A stretch of 64,000 nt of DNA from Candidatus Thorarchaeota archaeon. Lineage in GTDB: Archaea > Asgardarchaeota > Thorarchaeia > Thorarchaeales > Thorarchaeaceae. How positions within the stretch are numbered: position 1 is the first letter of the stretch; every line of letters starts with the position of its first letter. Below the pieces are notes generated by a model. It had not been told where the DNA came from and searched no databases. It saw only the letters and a program-made list of their open reading frames with translations. Positions 1-11,340 of the stretch are shown one piece after another. The stretch is from contig CAVSBO010000005.1 of NCBI GenBank assembly GCA_963726195.1, forward strand, positions 168,646 to 232,645, written 5' to 3'. A program made the translations under genes and the position numbers.

Positions 1-272
1 CAGCAGAGCTGAAAAAGACACTCGAACGTACTTCGATTGATGCTTGCCACTACTTGGATGTGCCCGATTTCGCAAGGATGGACTACCGCATGAATGATAA
101 GGCCGAGGTGTACTTCTTGGAGATTAACCCCTTGCCGGGAATGGATTTCGACATGGACCACAACGACTTTTCGTTCTTTCCATATATGGGTATGAAGGCG
201 GGATACTCCTACGACGAGCTCGTCCGTCGGCTCCTCGAATCTGCTTGCTACAGATACGGGCTGAAACTCTGA
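1..272 (+). CDS. ATP-grasp ligase, D-Ala-D-Ala ligase-like, C-terminal part (truncated by window edge)
   Basis: Frame is open from base 3. ARMDYRM...YFLEINPLPGM matches the Ddl-family RxDF...FLEVNxxPG motif. Confidence 0.8.
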   Translation, partial: AELKKTLERTSIDACHYLDVPDFARMDYRMNDKAEVYFLEINPLPGMDFDMDHNDFSFFPYMGMKAGYSYDELVRRLLESACYRYGLKL

Positions 273-345
273 ATGTCATGACATTCGACTTGGAAACGAA
301 GACGTGCTCCGAGGCCTCCCAATGGCTGACAGGGCAGGTGATTAG

Positions 346-909
346 ATGAAAAAGGCCGACGAATCACAGCTGATATGGAGAGGGCTCGAAGCAAATCTCT
401 CGAAGCTCCTTCAGAAGCAGGTGAAGCTCGTTTTTCCTTCGAAGTGGGACAAGACTTGCCATTCGTGGTACGAAGCGCTGGAGCAAGAGGCATTCAGGGA
501 AGAGCTGAGATATACTCCAGAGGAGGTCTTCGAAAGAATAGACAAGCCCGACCTTCTTCTCTTCTTTGCGATGAGCGGACAGCAGCCGTATGCAGTCTTG
601 CTCAGCTATACGATGGAGGGAGAATGGGAGAAGACTCTCTATGTTGATACGATTGCGGTGAGGGAGCAGGGAAAGGGCATTGGTCGAGCAATCATGAACG
701 CTATCATCGAATACGGTCATCTCAAGAACTACAGGGCGATAGTACTCGATACAGAGGAACAGAACGAAAAAGGTCTGCCTCTAAGAAGATTCTACGAGAA
801 ACTCGGATTCGTCTTAGATGATCTTGATGAACGCGGCAATCTGACCATGAGAACTTCGACTACATCCAGAACCACAATCCTAAGACGAACCAAAGCAGGG
901 CTGGTATAA
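346..909 (+). CDS. GNAT family N-acetyltransferase
   Basis: Acetyl-CoA motif QGKGIGRAIM and late motif RRFYEKLGF. The last ~20 aa may be frameshifted. Confidence 0.85.
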   Translation: MKKADESQLIWRGLEANLSKLLQKQVKLVFPSKWDKTCHSWYEALEQEAFREELRYTPEEVFERIDKPDLLLFFAMSGQQPYAVLLSYTMEGEWEKTLYVDTIAVREQGKGIGRAIMNAIIEYGHLKNYRAIVLDTEEQNEKGLPLRRFYEKLGFVLDDLDERGNLTMRTSTTSRTTILRRTKAGLV

Positions 910-913
910 TCAG

Positions 914-1989
914 CTACGTGAAGTCTCTTCCGGTCAGTATTGCAACGAACGTGCCCTTAATGGTCACTCTGGTGTCGGCCAAGTCGTGGAGCACAGCGAG
1001 AGTGCTTGCTGATGCAGGCAGTACGTTCAGACCTTCTTCTTCACGAAGCAGTCTGGAGAACTCTTGCATTCTTGTATCTGATGCATAATCGGCGAAGCCA
1101 TTCGTCTCATATATCGCATCAAGAGCTTCCTGCCCATCGAACGAGTGCCAGTTAGTTAACGGTTCGTTGAAGCGCGTCTCCTTGACCTCATTCCGCTCTA
1201 GGTCGAGTACTGTCCTGCTCTTCATAAGGAATGATTTGACTATCGGATTCCCACGTCTGGTACTTGTCGCGACCATTCTTGGAAGTTCATCGATTTTGTG
1301 GCCCTCATAGAGCTTTTGAACCCATGATAGACGCCTGCAAGTGTTGTGCCGTTCCCAACTGGACAGAAGACGTAATCCGGTTCTCGCCTCATGTCTCTGT
1401 ATATCTCGTATGCGATCTCCGCGTACGCTTCCAGAGAAACCTCTCTAACCCCATCAAGACCCGGGTTCGCATCGAACCATGAGCCTTTCTCCTTGCATAC
1501 TTTTGACGATAGAGCAACAACGTCTTCGTACTGGCCTTCCTCGAAATGAATCTCAGCGCCAGCGTCTGTCATTCGCTTTAGTCTGTCCTCAGGAAGATGG
1601 TAACCCGCAGGAATGTAGATGTGTGCAGGAATCTCGCAGAGTTTCGCGGCCCATCCAAGTGCGGTGCCAAAATTACCGCAGCTCCGGCGGCTATCTGCAG
1701 CTGCGCCTTGAGACTTGGCGAGAGATGCAAGTGCTAATGCAATCCGATCCTTCTGTGTACCAGTGGGATTGTTACCCTCAAACTTCAGAAAGAGGCGCTC
1801 GACTCCCGAGAAACGAGCGAGGTTGCGTGACTCGACAAAGGTTGTGGAGCCGACAAAATCCTTCCATTTTATCTTGACGCCATTCCTCTTGGGAACGGCC
1901 GCCTCAGGTGCCCCTTCATCACGGGGCGCATGTTTCCCTTCCTCGCCTGACTCCTTCGCCATCTTCTTTCCTGAGCCCAGCTTTTCCAT
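914..1989 (-). CDS. PLP-dependent fold-type II enzyme, threonine synthase-like (frameshifted near 1315; ORFs 1240-1989 and 914-1276)
   Basis: Motifs KFEGNNPTGTQKDR (PLP lysine), SCGNFG, PVGNGTT, and EEGLNVLPASAS...ILTGR in the downstream frame. Confidence 0.8.
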
Positions 1990-2227
1990 TCGGTACTTGC
2001 TTAGCGAGCTCGCGTCACCGCGAGCATCATCATAATTTACTATGTCTCAGTATGACAATCTGGCGGCATCACTATATATCTTATTCTATAACAACTCACA
2101 TCATTCGAACTCAGCTTTCTCTCTGTGAAGGCATCACAGAATGCAGCAGCAACGCAAAGCCGCCTCGTCATCTCGAAACGATATCGAACCGCTTCCACTC
2201 GAAAGGTATGCACAAAGCAATCAATCT

Positions 2228-3511
2228 CTAACCAAGTCTCTTCATCCTTGCAGAACATTCAACTGCCCTCGCATTATCGCCGTTCTGTTTGAAGAGAGAC
2301 GCCGCGATTTGCCATGTTCTCTTCGCTTCAGCGTTTCTTTTTAGCTTCTCAAGTATCAATCCACGTTGGTAGAGATGGTTAGGGTTGTTCGGTTCAACAG
2401 AGAAGGCGGCATCAAAATCAGTCAATGCCTCTTCGAGTTTGCCCATAGAGACCTTCAGAAGACCCCGTTGATGCGCGAACACAGGGTTCGAGGCGTCCAG
2501 ACCCAATGCTGTATCGAAGCAGTTCATGGCAGCAGCCGGCTCGCCCAACATCTGTAGCGCTTGGCCCCACTTGCTCCAAGCATCACCGCTATTGCCGTCC
2601 GCATTGGTCGCTTTTTCATAGGCGTCCGCCGCCACCACGTAGGACTTCATCATTCTATGAGCGTCGCCCTTACGAACCCACAGGCTAGCGTCATCGAGCT
2701 TGAGTTGGACGGCTCTGTCATAGTAGTAGAGCGCTCTGTCATACTCTTTGCGGGCATAATAAGCATCGCCCAGATAGGCTAGGGCGTAGGGTTGCTCGCG
2801 GTCGACATCAGTTGCCTTCTGAAGTGTGTCTATTGCGTTTTCATTCTGTCCTGCTAAGAAGTATGTCTTCCCAAGTTCTGTCAGGGCAGAAATCGAAATG
2901 GGGTTCGCTTTCAGAGCACTATTGAACCATGCTATGGCTCCTGCTCGATCACCCTTGCTCGCGAGATATACTCCCTTCGCGACCATTGCTTTGTCAAAAG
3001 CCGGGTTCTGTTTCAATGCATGTTCGATGCTTTGGGCGGCCTTATCGTTGTCTCCGAGCTCCAGCTGAGCCATTGCCAGGTCCACCAGTGCGTTGACATT
3101 GTCAGGCTGGATTGCTAGCGCGCTTGATACGCGGCCGATAGCGTCCTTTGGTTTGCGATCCATGAGATACGCCGAACCCATGTTTATCAGTGCATCAACC
3201 TGCTTGCCGTCTATCGTCAGAGCGAGTTCGTACAGCCTGAGTGCGTTCGGGAGGTCACCTTCTTTGAAATGAAGGTTTGCTAGTCCGGTCAGCAAGCCAG
3301 GAAGCCTCGTATCGCTCTTGGCTGATTCCATAACTCCCTTCAGCTCTTCTTCAAGCTCCTCTAGGGCCCTTCGCTCCCTTGAATCGACGGTCGGCTTTTT
3401 CACCTTATCAGGGTCCACTAAGCCTTTCGGCCCTATTGCCTCCAGCTTCGTCTCAATTGCAGAGAGGATTTCATCTGCCTGCACAGCCCTTTGCCCCTCG
3501 AGTATTCCCAT
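2228..3511 (-). CDS. Tetratricopeptide repeat protein (~10 TPRs)
   Basis: Repeated ~34-aa units such as ALAYLGDAYYARKEYDRALYYYDRAVQL. Confidence 0.9.
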   Translation of the reverse strand: MGILEGQRAVQADEILSAIETKLEAIGPKGLVDPDKVKKPTVDSRERRALEELEEELKGVMESAKSDTRLPGLLTGLANLHFKEGDLPNALRLYELALTIDGKQVDALINMGSAYLMDRKPKDAIGRVSSALAIQPDNVNALVDLAMAQLELGDNDKAAQSIEHALKQNPAFDKAMVAKGVYLASKGDRAGAIAWFNSALKANPISISALTELGKTYFLAGQNENAIDTLQKATDVDREQPYALAYLGDAYYARKEYDRALYYYDRAVQLKLDDASLWVRKGDAHRMMKSYVVAADAYEKATNADGNSGDAWSKWGQALQMLGEPAAAMNCFDTALGLDASNPVFAHQRGLLKVSMGKLEEALTDFDAAFSVEPNNPNHLYQRGLILEKLKRNAEAKRTWQIAASLFKQNGDNARAVECSARMKRLG

Positions 3512-3626
3512 CTATGTCTTATCAACTCTATGACATGTGCTATAGCACTACGAGGACGTCGTACGATAACCTTTGGTTGTCGAGAGGAGGAACCCGGTGA
3601 GTTTGATGTTCTCGCCCGAGTTCTCT

Positions 3627-6600
3627 CTACGCGACTATTTTTACTGGCTTAAGGTTCACAACACGGTGTTCGCCGTCTGCGGTATCGTACTCCATGAGCC
3701 CCACCAATTCACCCTGAGCACCAGGCTCAAGCTCGAACTCGATCTCTGCGACACTTCCGAGGCCTGACTCAATGGTGCCGACGTTTTGGCTCTTTATGGC
3801 CTCGGTGAGATCGGGTATCCCTAGTACGATTTGGACATTCTGCATAGGTGTATGCGAATCATTCCTAACGACTACACCGAATACAACCTTCCCCTCACGT
3901 ATCTTGTATTCAACGAGTACGTCCATGCCGGGCTCGAGTCCTGGGCTTGTTGGCTCTGCTGCTGTAAGAGGAGCTGCTTCGCCGTGCATCTTACGATATC
4001 GCCTAACGGCAATCCCCGCAACAGATGCGACGAGTCCAATGCCGACTACTGGATACGCCCAGTGCGTGTGAGGGTCGAAATCGATGTTGTCCGGCAGTCC
4101 GTCGTAGTCGGTGTCCGGATTCAGGGGGTTGGTGTGGGAGACGAATATCTCATAGTAATCAGACAAGGTGTCTCCGTCAAAATCCCAGTTGAGCGGGTCG
4201 GTGTGGTAAATGAGTACCTCCTGACCATCACTGAGGCCGTCAGCGTCTGTATCATTGAGCAGCGGGTTGGTGTGCCAGGTCATGACTTCTGCAGAGTCGG
4301 TCAGCATATCATGGTCGGTGTCCTTTTCCTTTGGATTCGTACCGTATACCATGATTTCCTGATAGTCAGAGAGTCCGTCACTGTCCGTATCGGCCTTCAG
4401 TGGATCAGTATAGTACACCATTACTTCGTCGTAGTCACTGAGATGATCTGCGTCAGTATCGTTTGAAAGTGGGTTAGTGTGGTAAACCATGACTTCCGCA
4501 TAGTCTGATAGTTGGTCAAGGTCCGTGTCATTGCTCAAGGGGTTGGTATGGTAGGTAAACACTTCTGCACCGTCAAGCAACCCGTCATTGTCTGAGTCGG
4601 GCCTGAGAGGATCCGTGCCGTACACATGAACCTCCAGACCGTCATTGAGACCATCATTGTCAGTGTCGGGGTTCATCGGGCTAGTGTGGTAGACACGCAG
4701 TTCCTCCAGATTGGTCAGTCCATCATTGTCAGAGTCCCACTGCGAGTCCAATACGCCAGGATGGGTCATGTTCTTCAATGGGTCGGTGTTAGTAAGGAAA
4801 ACCTCTTCCCAGTCGCTCAGGAGGTCTCGGTCGGTATCGTTCGACAAGGGGCTGGTGTGATACTTCTTCACTTCGTCTGCGTCGTTGAGACCATCCGAAT
4901 CAGTGTCCTTGACCAACGGGTTTGTTCCATATGTCTTCACTTCATCGAAGTCGGACAAGCCGTCATTGTCTGTATCCTTCACTAGAGGGTCCGTATGGTA
5001 GATGTGACATTCCTCTCCGTTAGTTAGGCCGTCGCCGTCTTGGTCGTCATTCAAATCGGTGATTCCGTTACCATTGGTATCTCTGTTTCTCGGGTCTGTC
5101 TTTGTCAACCAGCACTCTTCGTAGTTCGTTAGCAGGTCGTGGTCCTCGTCGTCGGCACCGTCCAGAACACCGTTATGGTTGCTGTCGGAGTTGCGCGGGT
5201 CCGTCTTTGTCAGGTGAATCTCCTGCCAGTTAGTGAGGCCATCCGAATCCATATCCCAGTTGGCATCCGATGTTCCATCGCCCTTCGTGCTGTAACGCAA
5301 TGGGTCGGTGAGAGTGATGTTGGCTTCCTCGTAATCGCTAAGCGCATCGTGATCTGTGTCATTGTTCAAGGGGTTCGTATGCAAGATTATCTCTTGCCCA
5401 TCGAGTAGATTATCGTTGTCGCTGTCCTGTTTGAGAGGATCGGTATTGTAGACATACAATTCCTGCCCATCCGATAGTCCGTCGGAGTCAGTATCAGGAT
5501 TCAATGGGTCAGTTCCAAAAACCTTGAGCTCGTCATAGTCTGTGACACCGTCAGAATCGCTGTCAGGGTTGGTCGCATTTGTATGGTAAGTTAGAATTTC
5601 TTCGCCGTCAGTGAGGCCCTCACCATCAGTATCTATCTTGTTCGGATTCGTGCCATAGCTGAACACTTCGTCGAAATCGCTCAATCCGTCTGAGTCGGAG
5701 TCAGTCTTCAGCGGGTTGGTATGGCTTGTGAAGACCTCATAGCCATCTGAGAGTCGATCCCCGTCGGTATCGATGTTCGTGCAGTTCGTCTGGTATTGGT
5801 ATATCTCAAGGTAGTTGCTCAGGCCATCAGCGTCTTCGTCATCCTGCCCATCCGAAACCCCGTTTCCGTTCGTGTCAGGGTTGTTCGGATCAGTGAAGCT
5901 CTTGGAAATCTCGTCATAATCGGTCAATCCGTCATTATCAGTGTCTGGAGCAAGAGGGTTGGTGTGATACTTGTGGACTTCGTCACCATCCGTCAGAGCG
6001 TCAAAGTCAGTGTCGTTATTCTTGGGGTCTGTCCCATAGTATATCTCATCGCCATCGAGCAAACCATCGCTGTCCGTGTCATTCTTGGTGGGGTCGGTAT
6101 GGTAAACTTTCCATTCTTGCCAGTCAGTCAAGTGGTCTGAATCTGTGTCGTTCAAGTTAGGGTCGGTTCCGAGCTGAATCTCGATCTTGTCACTGATGCC
6201 GTCGCCGTCAGAATCTGCCTTGTTCGGGTTGGTCTTGTATTTGTTCACTTCATCCGCGTCGCTGAGGCCGTCTGCATCGCTATCCCATCTATTGGGGTCT
6301 GTGTGCGATGTGAACACTTCATAGCTGTCCGTGAGGCCGTCGAAGTCAGTGTCATTCTGCCTAGGATTCGTATGGTAGATCATGTACTCTTCGTAGTCAG
6401 TCAGGTTGTCCTTGTCTGTGTCCATGCTGTTGGGATTGGAGCCAACCGTGTAGACCTCTAAGCCATCAGGCAGGCCGTCCATGTCAGTGTCTGGGTTAGT
6501 GGCATTAGTGTGATATCCGTATATCTCAAGACCGTTCGATAGCCCATCGGCGTCGTTGTCTAGAGCGAAGTCTGAGGTTCCGTTCATGTACGTTGAGTAG

Positions 6601-9600
6601 CGTGTTGCGTTGGTGTGAAGAACAAAGACCTCCGTGTAGTCGTCGATGCCGTCTCTGTCTGTGTCCTGTCGGCGGGGGTCGGTACCGTACTGGTATTCTT
6701 GGCCGTCGTTTAGCAAATCGTTATCGGTGTCATTCTTTAGAGGATTAGATGTGATGCCTATTGTCTCTAGTTGGCCAGTGCGATTGTAGAATGACACGGT
6801 CCACCCATTCACTTCTAATCCATCGAAGATGTTGTCATTGTCCGTATCCTTGTCACCGGGTGACGTCTTGTAGACATATATCTCGAGTCCATTCGATAGG
6901 CCATCAGCGTCTGAATCCCAATCATAATCGTTTACGCCCGGATGAGTCATTGGATTGAGCGGATTGGTGTTCGTAACATGAACCTCGATACCGTCGCTTA
7001 ACCTATCGCTGTCAGTATCGTTTGAAAGAGGATTTGTCCCGTAAGTATTCACTTCCTCTCCATCCGCCAACTCGTCGCTATCTGTATCATTCAGCTTTGG
7101 ATTGGTGTGCCATGTGATGACCTCGCTGTAATCTGACAAGCCATCAGAGTCGCTGTCGGCCTTGTTGGGGTCTGTCTTCCACGTGAATACTTCAGCCCCG
7201 TCCAAGAGGCCATCATGATCCGTATCAGAAATAGTGGCGTTTGTACTGTAGACCCGAATCTCATCATAATCGTTTAGACCGTCATGATCGGTGTCAGGAT
7301 CTGTTGCGTTGGTATGGTAGGTCCTGATTTCTTGAACATTGGTTAGCCCGTCATGGTCTTGGTCGTCGTTGTTGTCCGGAATGCCGTTATCGTTTGAGTC
7401 AGCCTTCAATGGATTGGTGTGTGTCTGAAAGACTTCCTCGTAGTCGGTCAACCCATCGTTATCAGTATCAGCGACAAGTGGGTCTGTTCCTGCAAGCTGC
7501 TCGTGAACGTTATCTAACTTATCGTTGTCTGGGTCCTCTTGTCCGTCAAGTATGCCATTGTCATTTGTATCATTGTACAGAGGGTCGGTCTGGCTCATCT
7601 TTGCTTCGAACCAGTTTGTCAATCCGTCGCTATCGCTATCATAATAGTCATCCCGAGGCTGCCCTAGGCCATGGGTGTGTGAGTTGTTCGGGTCCGTGTG
7701 CGTGACATAGAGCTCAATACCATTGGAAAGCCGGTCACCGTCAAAGTCCTCGTCATAATCTGACACCCCGTTATCATTGGTGTCCGCCTTCAGGGGATCA
7801 GTGTGCAGGGTTTTTACTTCGTCCCCGTCTTTGACCTTGTCCCCGTCGGTATCTGGATATCTTGGGTTCGTCCCAGCAATCAGTTCCTCGGCGTTTGTTA
7901 ATCCATCGAGGTCAGAATCTTCTTGCCCATCCTTTATGCCGTTGCCATCAGTGTCTGCCAAGACAGGGTTGGTTTTGCTCATGTATATCTCGAATCCATT
8001 CGATAACCCGTCCCCATCGTAGTCATAATTGTAGTCATTGACTGTCGAGTTGAAAGTGTGTGCATTAGTAGCATTGAATATCGGATAACGGTCAACCTCA
8101 TCTTTGTCCTTTATCCCATCAGAGTCGGTGTCCGCAGAATTCGGATTCGTGTGATAGGTTATGACTTCTAGCCCGTCACCGATTCCGTCGGCGTCGGTGT
8201 CAGCATTGGTGGCATTTGTGTGCCAGACCATCACTTCTGCATAGTCCGTTAAGTCTGTCGAGGTCCGTATCGTTGCTGTTAGGGTCTGTCTTCCATGTGT
8301 GTACTTCAACGCCGTCAGAGAGACCATCCGCGTCTGTATCTGGGTTCGTCGCATTCGTCTTGTAGACACTGACTTCCTGATAATCGCTCAAACCATCGTG
8401 GTCTGTATCAGGATCCGAGCAGTTTGTGTGATAAGTGACGTACTCCTGATAATCCGTGAGATTATCATTGTCTGTGTCAGCTGCCCTCGGGTTGGAGTGA
8501 ACTATCATTACTTCTTCATAATCGGTCAATTGATCTTGGTCAGTATCTGTGCTCAAAGGATTGGTCTTCCATGTTTTCACTTCTGCCCCGTCGGTGAGAC
8601 CATCCCCGTCAGAATCTGGATTGAGAGGATCGGTTCCGACAGCAATCTCCTTCCCGTTTGAGAGATTGTCGTGGTCCTGGTCATCGTAATAGTCTGAGAT
8701 TCCGTTGTGATTAGTATCGGCGTCGTTCGGGTCTGTGTGAGTCTGTCTCACTTCTTGGATATTCGTTAACCCGTCCCCGTCGTTGTCATCCTGGGCGTCA
8801 TTTATGCCGTTGCCATTGCTATCCGCAACCTTCGGATCGGTGTAAGTGATGTTGTTCTCTTCGTAGTCGGTAAGCTGATCTCCGTCTGTATCGGCTCGGT
8901 TCGGGTTCGTTCCAAGATAGATTTCCTGCCAGTCAGTGAGTTTGTCTGAATCAGTATCAGGACTGTTGGGATTCGTTCCGTACGTGATGACTTCCGCATA
9001 ATCTGAAAGGCCGTCACTATCAGAATCGACCTTGAGAGGGTTCGTGCCGTAAGTGAGCACTTCTTGCCCGTCAGTCAACCTGTCTCCGTCGGTGTCTGGG
9101 TTGTTCCAAAGAGTACCAACGATGAGAGTTTCCCTTGCATCGCTGAGTTCGTCTTTGTCGTAGTCAAGCCCGTATATGTCTATGAGTCCGGTGTTAGTGC
9201 CTGCGCCACACTCGGCCTTCCCGTTTCCGTCTAGGTCGCCTTTGCCCATTACGCCACTGAACGCCGTGATTGCAGTCTGGTTGATCAGGTACCCTGATGC
9301 ATTGTACAGAGTAAGCGCACCGTTGTTGGAACCCGCCAGCACTTGACTGTCAGTTAGCCCTGCCACATTAGGGAGTAGCACAGCGGAGACCTGTCCTCCC
9401 AAGGTCTTATTCCACATAAGGTACCCGGAGGAATTGTAGAACCTGAGCTGGTTGCCTGAGGTCCCAATTGCATATTCATCAAATCCGCCGCTTACCACTT
9501 GTCCAACCGCTAATGAAGCAATACTGCTGCCGACGGTCACTGAATATGCTAATGTGCCATTCCTATAATAGACCTCAACTGTTCCGCCGCTGTTTGCTGC

Positions 9601-10395
9601 TAACGCTTCCTTTTGGGTGTTGCCAACTAGATTTCCTGAACCAATAGCGGTGATCGAGTTCGAAATGAGTTTCTCGAAAGCAACACCCCCATTTGTCTCC
9701 AGCAGTGTCAGTCTCCTGCTGTCTGAAGCAGCCAATACCTCCAGCTTTCCATCGAGGTCGAAATCACTAGCGATGATCCTTCGGACGCGGCCATTGCTCG
9801 TGTAATTCCAAAGCCGAGTCGAGCTTGCGGAATACGCATAGACTTGGTTGTCATCAGAGCCTACAACAAGCTCGTCCCTTGAGTCTCCCGACAAGTCCGC
9901 TGCGGCGACCGTCCTCACAGCGTTAGGAAGTGTAACATTCGCGACTATTGTCTGGTCGCCTGCGATTACGAGAAAGCCCTTGGATGTGCCTATCAGCAGT
10001 TGCTTTTTTCCATCGAGGGTTGTTGCCACCGGCTGCATGGCATAAGGCGTGGCTCCGAGGCTCTTCTGCCACAGTTTTGTGCCGTTCTCAGCAAAGAGGA
10101 AGAGTGAACCGTTCTGAGTGACTACGGACACCTCGTCTCTCGAATCTGCGTCAACATCTGCGAAGGATAGAGCAATCACTTGTGAGCCCGTAGCGTTCGA
10201 CCACACCAAGGCAGTCTGGAAGGGTGGCAGCGCCGCAACTATAGCAGATGACCGAGGCATATCCGTGCCCTCGGGCTGGGTTCGTAGGTCTGATGTGGGA
10301 GCTTGGACAGCCAGCACGATACATACAAATGTTACTAACAATACTAGGTGAGTTATCTTCAAGATGGCGTGCCTCCGTTCAAGTTCGCTCTCCAC
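3627..10395 (-). CDS. Giant single-pass surface protein (~2250 aa): signal peptide, FG-GAP/BBS2-like beta-propeller, ~70 Ca-binding DTDxDGLxDxxE repeats, TM helix, cytoplasmic Ig-like domain (one frameshift near 8250)
   Basis: ORFs 8200-10395 and 3627-8369 continue the same repeat register across a single extra base. Hydrophobic N-terminus; ADLSGDSRDELVVGSDD-type blades; TM WAYPVVGIGLVASVAGIAV followed by RRYRK. Confidence 0.85.
4070..9170 (-). repeat. Coding tandem repeat array of ~23-aa TSP3-like/binary-toxin-type Ca-binding units, interspersed with ~37-aa variants
   Basis: Consensus DTDxDGLxDxxEVxxYxTNPxxx recurs through ~1700 aa. Copies are degenerate at the DNA level. Confidence 0.9.
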
Positions 10396-11339
10396 GGCTT
10401 GACTTGGAAGTAGTCGAAGAAATCTGCCTCGACGATTGAAATCTCGTCAAAGGGCAGTTTCATCTCGTTGAGCCTCTGGACAATGTATATCATCTTTTCT
10501 CTTGGGTCATCGACAAAGAGCTTCACTGCATTTCTGCCAGCTCTCGCCCAGTACTTTACGTGTTCGAGGGAAGCTATTTTTTCGATTATGACGGGTGATA
10601 GTCTCGGCATCACAAGCCTGATGCTTTCACCCTTCCCCGGCAGGCTTGAGATCAATTCAGCCGGAGTTCCGAATTGGCTGACCATTCCGCCTTCGAGGAG
10701 ACACACCCGTGTGCAGTAGTCGACGATTTCAAGATCGTGGCTGATGATTACCATTGTTGTGCCAAGTTGGTAATTCAGCATCTTCAGGTAGTTCAGCGTC
10801 TCATGTCGAAGGTGTGCATCGAGGCCCGTTGTCGGCTCATCCAGTAGCAGTACAGGAGGATTGTGTATCATCCCGAGACAGATAGACACCCTCTTCCTTT
10901 CTCCCCCGGAAAGCTTCTCGACCTTTTTGGTCATCAAGTCTTCGTCAAAACCCAAGATTGTCAGGATGTTGCGAGCGCGCTCCTCGATTTCCTTCGGTCT
11001 CATTCCAAAGCAGCGACCAAAGAACTGAGCATTCCCCAGAGCGGAGAAATCGTAATAGAGGCTCAGATGCTCGAGCTGAGGAACATACCCAACTAGGAGG
11101 CTGATGAGCCTCCTTTTCTTCGTGACATCGTAGCCGCTCACGAAGGCTTTCCCCGCTGTCGGCTGTATCTGTCCTGTTAGGATTCTAAGCACAGTCGTCT
11201 TGCCCGCGCCGCTTGCGCCGATGACTCCGAGAAAGTCCCTCTTGTTTGCGAAGAACGAGACGCCCTTCAGAGCAAAGAGCTTCTTGAATGCGACCTTCAA
11301 ATCAACGATGTCTATTTCGCGCTCGGCCGCCGTGCTCAT
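10359..11339 (-). CDS. ABC transporter ATP-binding protein (ABC-2/DrrA type)
   Basis: GASGAGKT, LSGGE, LLLDEPT and ISH motifs are all intact. Confidence 0.95.
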   Translation of the reverse strand: MSTAAEREIDIVDLKVAFKKLFALKGVSFFANKRDFLGVIGASGAGKTTVLRILTGQIQPTAGKAFVSGYDVTKKRRLISLLVGYVPQLEHLSLYYDFSALGNAQFFGRCFGMRPKEIEERARNILTILGFDEDLMTKKVEKLSGGERKRVSICLGMIHNPPVLLLDEPTTGLDAHLRHETLNYLKMLNYQLGTTMVIISHDLEIVDYCTRVCLLEGGMVSQFGTPAELISSLPGKGESIRLVMPRLSPVIIEKIASLEHVKYWARAGRNAVKLFVDDPREKMIYIVQRLNEMKLPFDEISIVEADFFDYFQVKPWRANLNGGTPS

Positions 11340-11340
11340 C

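Noticed and set aside
2008-2025. 7-bp inverted repeat GCTCGCG-tcac-CGCGAGC upstream of the thrC-like gene
   Set aside because: A single short occurrence that could arise by chance in 64 kb; no second copy was seen to support an operator.
3772-8022. Numerous plus-strand ORFs opposite the adhesin, and similar shadow ORFs throughout the window
   Set aside because: They are antisense shadows of real genes with no recognisable motifs.
4070-9170. Repetitive DNA that could be mistaken for a CRISPR or VNTR array
   Set aside because: The repeats are degenerate at synonymous positions and conserved only as protein. There are no identical direct repeats with spacers and no cas genes.
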